Origin: Candidatus Micrarchaeia archaeon
Lineage (GTDB): Archaea > Micrarchaeota > Micrarchaeia > Anstonellales > J096
Assembly: GCA_041500405.1 (NCBI GenBank)
Contig: JBGQMB010000019.1
Coordinates: 1-20,749, forward strand
Direction: 5' to 3'
Length of the DNA: 20,749 nt
The notes below the pieces were generated by a model. That model saw only the letters and a program-made list of their open reading frames with translations. It did no database searches and was not told the origin of the DNA. Made by a program: the position numbers and the translations under genes. Positions 1-6,296 of this stretch are shown piece by piece. How positions within the stretch are numbered: position 1 is the stretch's first letter; every line of letters starts with the position of its first letter.

Positions 1-590
1 CATTTGAGGACCTCGCAATCCTTTGGAACAGTTATCTCGGAAACGTAAAACCTGTCGTTCTTGCTGTTTGCCCCGCGGGACAGCAGCGAAACGCTTATTA
101 TCCCGTTTTCGTCCCTTTCCGCCTCAAGCAGGACGCCGAAATCCCTTGTTTTAAGATCAATGGCCTTCAATACCTTCGGAATCTCCTTTTTGACCCCATT
201 GGTTAGGTCAGCGGCGTCAATGCCCTCGAGGCCCAGCCTCCCGCCTTCCAGGGCCTCGAAAAGCGACTTGAGATATGTGTAATTAGCCCCATCCGGGCCC
301 TTGCCCTGCAGCAGCTTCAGCTCGCCAATGCCGCTCTCGATGTCAAATGAGGCCCTGAAAAACAGCTTTATCAAGGAGGGTTTCGGCATTGCGGCGCTCC
401 CCGCGGCCTTTGGCGTGTAAACAGGCTGCGCATTCGCAAGCGGCAACAGGCAGAGCATCGCGCCAAGCCCGGCATAAGCCACGATCCTTTTCGCGCACTC
501 GGCAAAAGGCTCCTTTTGGCCATGGCTGAAGCAGGTTTTTCCGGTTTTTTGCTTCGCCAGCACGGCTTCGCCCCTGTGCGCGGACAACAT
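1..590 (-). CDS. Secreted hypothetical protein, paralog A (3' end runs off the window; not in the ORF track)
   Basis: Manual translation from ATG at 590 is open to position 1 (MLSAHRGEAVLAKQKTGK...RIVAYAGLGAMLCLLPLANAQ...SRGANSKNDRFYVSEITVPKDCEVLK). It has a basic N-region, a hydrophobic helix and an ANA|Q cleavage-like site. It aligns without gaps to 2360..3097 (about 52/120 identities by hand count). Confidence 0.88.
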   Translation of the reverse strand, partial: MLSAHRGEAVLAKQKTGKTCFSHGQKEPFAECAKRIVAYAGLGAMLCLLPLANAQPVYTPKAAGSAAMPKPSLIKLFFRASFDIESGIGELKLLQGKGPDGANYTYLKSLFEALEGGRLGLEGIDAADLTNGVKKEIPKVLKAIDLKTRDFGVLLEAERDENGIISVSLLSRGANSKNDRFYVSEITVPKDCEVLK

Positions 591-600
591 GGATAATAAT

Positions 601-626
601 TTGTTAATTAGTGTTTTTAAATGTGT
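601..626 (-). promoter_or_regulatory. Conserved promoter-position motif, copy 1 (minus strand ACACATTTAAAAACACTAATTAACAA)
   Basis: Identical over 26 bp to 3108..3133, and its 18-bp core is identical to 5843..5860. The TATA-like TTTAAAAA (621..614) ends 24 nt from the ATG at 590. Confidence 0.8.
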
Positions 627-698
627 GTATCCATTCGAACACAAGCCACGTCGAATCTCCGCAAAAAGCATTATAAAGTTTGTGCGAGATTTAACTAC

Positions 699-2357
699 AT
701 GAAATCCATTATCGTAATTCTAGGAATAGCCATTTTGCTGGCTTTTGGGTGCGTCGGGCAGCTGCCAATCAGCCAGGGAATAGGCGGAATATGCCTGCCG
801 ACCTCCGGAATCGTGTGCGGCAACGACCTGACAACGTATGACAATTCATGCAAGGCAGCCGCAGCAGACACAACCGTCAACCACACGGGAGCCTGCATAG
901 CCCCGTCATGCATAGACACCGACGGAGGCAAGGACCTTTTCAGGAAGGGAATTGCGAACGGAAGTACCGGCTCAGTTGAGGACGCCTGCATAAACGCAAA
1001 CACGGTGGGCGAGGCGTACTGCAACGGCTCGGAGGCAATATTGGAGATGCTGACATGCTCAATAGGCTATGAGTGCAAAAGCGGGGCATGCATAAAGGCT
1101 GCGTGCACCGACACAGACGGCGGAAAGGACACGGAAACCAAGGGCACAACAACAGCGCAGGACATAAGCAAGACAGATGCGTGCTCAAGTGACTTCTCAG
1201 TCAACGAATACTTTTGCGAAGGCATAACAGTGAGCAACATGTCGATGGCCTGCGACGCAGGAAAAGAATGCGCCAGCGGCGCGTGCAGGGAAGCAGCGTG
1301 CAACGACTCGGACGGCGATAATTCGGGAACGGCCGGCACAATAACAAAAGGGGCGGATTCATACAATGACAGCTGCGAGAGCAACACAAGCGTCAAGGAA
1401 TATTACTGCGAGGCAAACGCAATAAAGTCCAGGACAGCGGCGTGCGCCGAGGGCTACAAGTGCTCCGCAGGAAGGTGCGCCAAGGACGTATGCGTTGACT
1501 CAGATGATGGAAGGCAGATAGGAACAAAAGGCACGACGACTTTCGGGGAAATATCATATACGGACTCGTGCTACAGTGCAACCACGCTTTTGGAGTATTA
1601 TTGTTCCTCTGACACGGTAGTGTCCCACGCCCAGATAGAGTGCGGCACAAACAAGGAGTGCTATGATGGAATATGCAGAGCGGTCGTCTGCACCGACATC
1701 AAGACAAACGTGAGCAAGAAGGACGCAAGGCATCTGATTGCGGCGCTCGACGACAGCGAAGAGCTGTCGCTTTACGTAGGCGACGCGGTCGAGATAAACA
1801 ACGGGATGTTCCTTGAGCTGGAGGGCACGACAGAAAACTACAGCACGTTCAGGCTGTACGAGAACTACGCCGACTATCAGGACAGCGATGCGCTGTGCAG
1901 CAAGGACCTGGAGGAAGGCGACACAAAGACAAGCCTGTGCAGCAAGAGCATCAACGACCTGGAGGTAAACAACATAAACGACGGCGACGGATATGTTGAT
2001 ATCACGCTTGAGGAGTTCTTCGCGACGCAATACTACAGCGAAAAGGGGTCCATTGAGAACTGGACCGACAATGCGATATGCGACGAAGACACCGCGTCCT
2101 TCACGAGCCATGAATCGTATTTCTATCCGTACGTCTCAGATTCGGGCGGCCTGGATTTGGGCAACAAGAAGTTCATGCTGTTCGGGCAGGAGGCGAAGAT
2201 AGTGAGCGTAAGCAGCGATGCCTTCACTTTCAATCTGGGCGGCAAGGAGTACGACGTCTCGGACGGGGACACGTTCGAGTATTATAATAGGGATTACCAG
2301 GTCAGCCTGGAATTCAGCGAAGGCGGGCTCCACGTGCTTACGATAACGCCGGACTGA
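699..2357 (+). CDS. Cys-rich surface lipoprotein: Kazal-like domain, four C-x-D-[TS]-D repeats and an acidic C-terminal domain
   Basis: The better start is ATG 699 (MKSIIVILGIAILLAFG|C, lipobox-like), with TTATAAAG at 671-678. Kazal-like segment CLPTSGIVCGNDLTTYDNSC...HTGAC. Four repeats of about 65 aa: CxD[TS]DG...G...DxC...E[YA][YF]C...C..G..C..GxC. Confidence 0.85.
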   Translation: MKSIIVILGIAILLAFGCVGQLPISQGIGGICLPTSGIVCGNDLTTYDNSCKAAAADTTVNHTGACIAPSCIDTDGGKDLFRKGIANGSTGSVEDACINANTVGEAYCNGSEAILEMLTCSIGYECKSGACIKAACTDTDGGKDTETKGTTTAQDISKTDACSSDFSVNEYFCEGITVSNMSMACDAGKECASGACREAACNDSDGDNSGTAGTITKGADSYNDSCESNTSVKEYYCEANAIKSRTAACAEGYKCSAGRCAKDVCVDSDDGRQIGTKGTTTFGEISYTDSCYSATTLLEYYCSSDTVVSHAQIECGTNKECYDGICRAVVCTDIKTNVSKKDARHLIAALDDSEELSLYVGDAVEINNGMFLELEGTTENYSTFRLYENYADYQDSDALCSKDLEEGDTKTSLCSKSINDLEVNNINDGDGYVDITLEEFFATQYYSEKGSIENWTDNAICDEDTASFTSHESYFYPYVSDSGGLDLGNKKFMLFGQEAKIVSVSSDAFTFNLGGKEYDVSDGDTFEYYNRDYQVSLEFSEGGLHVLTITPD

Positions 2358-2359
2358 GC

Positions 2360-3097
2360 CTACTGCGGGCCTTTCTGCCCGTTGATGTAGTATACGGTGC
2401 CCATGTCGCGGTCGTTCATATTCATTAACACGACCGTTGTCTTCACGATTCCTATTGAGGTCTTGGAATACAGGACCTTGAGCATAATCTGGTATTTCTC
2501 GCCGTCCCTTCGGTCCTTATACTTGATGTAAACGCCGATTTCCGCGACGTCTTTTGTGTCGCGCATAAAGAACGGGTCGCATCTCAGCACCTTGCACTTC
2601 TTCGGAATAAGGACCTCCGAGACAAACAGCCTGTCATTCCTCTTGTTCGCCCCGCGCGATACTATCGCGACAGTCGTCTTTCCCTTTTCATCAATCCCGG
2701 CGTCAAGCTGGGCGTTGAACGTTCCGGACCTGATGTCAATCAGCTTAAGCACCCTTGTGCCAGGGCCGGCCATGAAATTGTCCATGTATGCGGTGTCGAC
2801 CTTGTCAAGGTTGAGCCTTCCTTTCTCGAATCCGTCCAAAAGCGACTTGAAATAAGTGTAATCAGCGCCGTCCCTGCCCTTCTTCGATATGAACCTGAGG
2901 TCATTCAGGCTTGTGTCAACGTTGAACGAGACCTTGAACGACTGGATGCACATCTGGCTTGCCGACGTGTCCATCTGAATGGTGTCCTGCGCGCGCGTGG
3001 ACACGAGCGGCGCAAAAAAAAGCGCGCTTGCCACAGCCAGCTTCATCACAGCATGAGGGCGCCTTTTGGCAGCCATATGCGCGTATTTAGTTTTCAT
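2360..3097 (-). CDS. Secreted hypothetical protein, paralog B
   Basis: 245-aa ORF with a basic N-region, hydrophobic stretch LAVASALFFAPLV and TRA|Q site. Homologous to the ORF at 1..590 (shared DGA.YTY.KSL and SRGAN..NDR..VSE). Confidence 0.88.
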   Translation of the reverse strand: MKTKYAHMAAKRRPHAVMKLAVASALFFAPLVSTRAQDTIQMDTSASQMCIQSFKVSFNVDTSLNDLRFISKKGRDGADYTYFKSLLDGFEKGRLNLDKVDTAYMDNFMAGPGTRVLKLIDIRSGTFNAQLDAGIDEKGKTTVAIVSRGANKRNDRLFVSEVLIPKKCKVLRCDPFFMRDTKDVAEIGVYIKYKDRRDGEKYQIMLKVLYSKTSIGIVKTTVVLMNMNDRDMGTVYYINGQKGPQ

Positions 3098-3107
3098 AAG
3101 AAATACC

Positions 3108-3133
3108 TTGTTAATTAGTGTTTTTAAATGTGT
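3108..3133 (-). promoter_or_regulatory. Conserved promoter-position motif, copy 2
   Basis: 26/26 identical to 601..626. TTTAAAAA (3128..3121) ends 24 nt from ATG 3097, the same spacing as copy 1. Confidence 0.8.
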
Positions 3134-3136
3134 TTG

Positions 3137-4393
3137 TCAGTGACAAGCAAGCTTCGTTATCAGTTCGCTGCTTCTTTTCATTCCTTCAGGAATGCGGTCC
3201 TTGAAGAATTCTTTTGTTGCATCAAATTGCTGCCCATACCCCTTTATGTCTCCATGGTCTATTATGGACGCCCATTCCCTGACAGCAGTATGGAACTCCA
3301 GGTCGTCTCCCCTGATTGTTTTGTCGAACAGGGCGGCATCGACGGCTTCTTCAAGGAGTTCCTTGTTCTTGAACAGGTACTCTGCGATGCCCAGCCGCAG
3401 CCTGAATAGGGGTGTCTGGCATATGAGATTCTCGTACGGGTTTATCCCAAGCTGGTGCCATGCGTCCACCATCGCCAGCAGGCTGAGATGGGAATTTGGT
3501 TTTCTCTGCCGTTCCCCGCCCAGCCTGAACTCGCCCATAATCGCATCGTCTAGCAGCACAGGGCAGTCCACTCTTTCGAATACTGAACTCGCTGCCCTAT
3601 GCAGCCTCTCCCTGAATTGGGATTTTTGCTCCTTGATCATCAGCTTGAACAATTCAGATTCCGACCTAGCGTATTGCTCTACCTGCTTCCTGGCAAAAGG
3701 GTTCAGTATCGCGAGGCCTGAATACACGTGCGACTTGCCGCCGTAAATCCTCAGCGTCATGAGTATCTTCACGTTGTCTATGCCGCCGACATAAGAGGCG
3801 TTTTCCCATGGATAGAAGCCGGCGTTCTTCCAGGCCGTCCCCATGCTTTCGAATCCAACATGCGTGACCGCCTGAGTATCTGCAGTGATCCTGTCATGTT
3901 CCCTGTAGCTGGGAATTTCTATGATTTTCGAGCCAAGCGTCCCGAAGGTTTCCAAAGCCAGCTTATAGGCTTCATCAGAGCTGCGGTGTCTGATTACGGC
4001 CAGACCCTGCCCGCTAGGGCTGATGCCCGGCCCATGGAGGGAATGGCAGGTGACTATATAGACATCATCAGGCAGGTGCTCCTCAAACGCCTGGATTTCA
4101 GGGGTTTTCACTGATGTCTGGCCGGCGACTATGGCGCCTGCCTTTGTCGAAGGGCCGCACTGCTTCGCGGCCTCGCCTATATTCTCAGCTTCTACAGAAT
4201 AAATTATCAGGTCGCTTCTCCTTGAAACGGCAATCCCGTCAGCCAGGACATCTATACCCATTCCTTGCAGTTCCTGCTTCAGCTGGCCCGTTTTTCTCGG
4301 CAGGTCGCAGCCGTTTACCCTGTAGCCCTTCCTGGCGAATTCCCTTGCATATAGCTTGCCCATGTCGCCTAGGCCGATGATTCCGATTTCCAT
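3137..4393 (-). CDS. tyrA: Prephenate dehydrogenase, long yeast-Tyr1-like type
   Basis: Rossmann start IGIIGLGDMG, then GQTSVK, HSLHGP, EHDRITADTQAVTH, NVK...LRIY...HVY.GLAILNP and NSHLSLLAMVD. These are recognised from the Tyr1-type TyrA subfamily. Confidence 0.92.
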   Translation of the reverse strand: MEIGIIGLGDMGKLYAREFARKGYRVNGCDLPRKTGQLKQELQGMGIDVLADGIAVSRRSDLIIYSVEAENIGEAAKQCGPSTKAGAIVAGQTSVKTPEIQAFEEHLPDDVYIVTCHSLHGPGISPSGQGLAVIRHRSSDEAYKLALETFGTLGSKIIEIPSYREHDRITADTQAVTHVGFESMGTAWKNAGFYPWENASYVGGIDNVKILMTLRIYGGKSHVYSGLAILNPFARKQVEQYARSESELFKLMIKEQKSQFRERLHRAASSVFERVDCPVLLDDAIMGEFRLGGERQRKPNSHLSLLAMVDAWHQLGINPYENLICQTPLFRLRLGIAEYLFKNKELLEEAVDAALFDKTIRGDDLEFHTAVREWASIIDHGDIKGYGQQFDATKEFFKDRIPEGMKRSSELITKLACH

Positions 4394-4496
4394 GTGAAAA
4401 CCACATATTCCTATCTATGACAACAGTTTATATAGGTTGCACACGGAATTCGCCATGCGCACAAAATGAATTCGTGAGGAGTTTACTTCTAAGAGG

Positions 4497-5822
4497 TCAG
4501 TCCAGGACCGGCAAGCCGCCGTCGCGCACTGCAATGTCCGAGGCTCTCTTGAACTTCAACCAGCACCTTCCGACTGCCTTTGCGTATCTTTTTTTGATCT
4601 CGCTGCCGTTGTAGTCCTCCGCTGCGCCGCGGTCATATGATACCGGATAGGGCGGACAGCCGGAAAAATCGAGCCTGCCCCTGCCGGTCTTCATGTAGTG
4701 CTTATACCTGTATGTGAGCGCCCCTGCCATAATGGCCATGGTTATGTCGCCCTGCTGGTCTTCTCCTCTAATATCTATGGCATTCCAGAGCCCGGCCATC
4801 ATGGTTCTCGCGTTCTCAAAGCTCTTTTTCTCTGGCAGGACCGCGTGCATCACGTTTTCAAGCTCCATCCTTGCCCTCCAGCTGGGCCTGTCAAACGCAA
4901 CGTAGCTGAACAGGGGGTTGTTCTTGTTGAGCTGCATTATGCTCCTGTCCCTTGTCTTCCTGTTGAAGTTGTTGTGGTCCATGCTCGACTCCATTGTGCC
5001 GATTGCGAGCAGGACGTTCCTGTCCACGCCGGTCAGCTGCTCCATGACGTCGGCAAGCACGGCAACCATCGCAAGGTACTGATCAGAAAGATTCGGCCTT
5101 ATTATCCTGCTGCTTATGATCGCCTCTTTCGCGGGCCTTGCGTTGATGCCATCCCTCATCGCAATCATGACGTCGATGTTGCTGCGCACCTTGGCCCAGT
5201 CGACGCATGCTGCGACCGCATCAGCCCTCCCCTTCCATCCTTCCTTGTAAAAGAAGACGCAGGCTATGCCTATGGATTTTCTCACGTATTCATGGTATAT
5301 GCCGAGTCCGATGCCGGCAGGAGGCTCCAGCGCAACCTGGCCCTTCCTTGCACCGTAGTCATTCTTAAGGGTCTCCGGAAAAATAGATAACATCAGCTCA
5401 AAGGCCTCCGCCCGTCTTTTCAGCCACGTTTCTATCTCTTTTATGTATCTGGCCTGCGCAGCGCTGGTCGCGGACGTTGCCTCTATATTTTTCATCTCCT
5501 GCGCAGTGCTGATTATAGTCTCAATTTTCCTTTGCGCTTCCTCGGCAGCTTTTTTCATGCTGTCCACTGTGGCCCTGTTTTGCCTGACATATTCTGGGGG
5601 ATACAGTATGGTTATGGTTTCGCTCTCCCAGCGCTTCTTAATTTGTTCAGGGGTGTCATTCTCCCAATTCTTCGGGATTAGGCGTACCCTCACGCTTTCG
5701 GTTGTATCAACGGTGTCTGCGCTGTTTGGGCATGCCTCGGCGAGCGGGAGCGCCATCAGCGCTCCTGCAAAAAAGAGGCCTTTAGCGGTGATATGTTTTT
5801 GTCCGAGTGTTGCCAGTCCCAT
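4497..5822 (-). CDS. Secreted protein with a C-terminal lytic transglycosylase (SLT/lysozyme-like) domain
   Basis: Signal-like N-terminus (GLFFAGALMALPLAEA|C) and a helical/coiled middle. SLT motifs occur in canonical order: VDRNVLLAIGTMES (catalytic Glu), SIMQL (cf. GLMQL), AIMAGALTY (cf. NI..G..YL), EDYNGS (cf. AYNAG), RYAKAV (cf. YV.KV). Confidence 0.72.
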   Translation of the reverse strand: MGLATLGQKHITAKGLFFAGALMALPLAEACPNSADTVDTTESVRVRLIPKNWENDTPEQIKKRWESETITILYPPEYVRQNRATVDSMKKAAEEAQRKIETIISTAQEMKNIEATSATSAAQARYIKEIETWLKRRAEAFELMLSIFPETLKNDYGARKGQVALEPPAGIGLGIYHEYVRKSIGIACVFFYKEGWKGRADAVAACVDWAKVRSNIDVMIAMRDGINARPAKEAIISSRIIRPNLSDQYLAMVAVLADVMEQLTGVDRNVLLAIGTMESSMDHNNFNRKTRDRSIMQLNKNNPLFSYVAFDRPSWRARMELENVMHAVLPEKKSFENARTMMAGLWNAIDIRGEDQQGDITMAIMAGALTYRYKHYMKTGRGRLDFSGCPPYPVSYDRGAAEDYNGSEIKKRYAKAVGRCWLKFKRASDIAVRDGGLPVLD

Positions 5823-5842
5823 TAAGACTTAATTTTGGTAAA

Positions 5843-5860
5843 TAGTGTTTTTAAATGTGT
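5843..5860 (-). promoter_or_regulatory. Conserved promoter-position motif, copy 3 (18-bp core)
   Basis: TAGTGTTTTTAAATGTGT is identical to 609..626 and 3116..3133. The TATA-like core ends 26 nt from ATG 5822. Confidence 0.78.
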
Positions 5861-5861
5861 A

Positions 5862-6296
5862 TCATTTCTGCAAGGCGAATGCGGTCCCGGCCCTTACGCC
5901 GTTCCTTGAGCAGAATCCCGCGTTCACTTCAACGGCATAGTCAATCTCCGCTTTTGGCGCGTAATGCACGCACCCTTTTGTTGCCTCGCACGTCTCCATC
6001 ATGATTATCTCAGCGACCTTTCCGTTTTTCACGCAAACCAGTTCAAGCGGGAACTTCACATTCTGCATCCAAAAGGAGGAGTTTTTCCCGTTCATCTGAA
6101 ACACCATGCCGTAGTCTTCGCCAATCGAATCCCTGAACATCAGCCCAAGCGCCTTTTTCAGCGGATTGTCCGCAATCTCGCCGTCAAAGCATTTCCCGCT
6201 GAAGCAGAACTTGGCAGGCGCCCTGCCGAACATGGCAAGCGCTGCCAATACGACGATAATGACGATTGCCGGGACAACCAGTTCGTTGAAGTTCAT
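5862..6296 (-). CDS. DUF192 family protein with N-terminal membrane anchor/signal
   Basis: EIADN...GLMFR...GMVF...FWMQNVKFPLE...YAVEVNAG. The start overlaps the ATPase stop (ATGA at 6296..6293). Confidence 0.9.
   Translation of the reverse strand: MNFNELVVPAIVIIVVLAALAMFGRAPAKFCFSGKCFDGEIADNPLKKALGLMFRDSIGEDYGMVFQMNGKNSSFWMQNVKFPLELVCVKNGKVAEIIMMETCEATKGCVHYAPKAEIDYAVEVNAGFCSRNGVRAGTAFALQK

Noticed and set aside
621..698. Upstream start extensions given by the ORF track (also 8647, 14989, 16088, 17763, 19246)
   Set aside because: The extensions run through TATA/RBS elements, and downstream ATGs fit signal peptides, promoter spacing or paralog starts.
4442..4476. Imperfect inverted repeat with two GAATTC sites between the SLT gene and tyrA
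   Set aside because: It is short with a long loop and plausibly arises by chance.
601..5860. The 18-26 bp repeat as a CRISPR repeat or integron-like recombination site
   Set aside because: Copies are 2.5-2.7 kb apart with whole genes between them. There is no cas or recombinase gene and no palindromic att structure, and the fixed distance to ATGs fits a promoter better.
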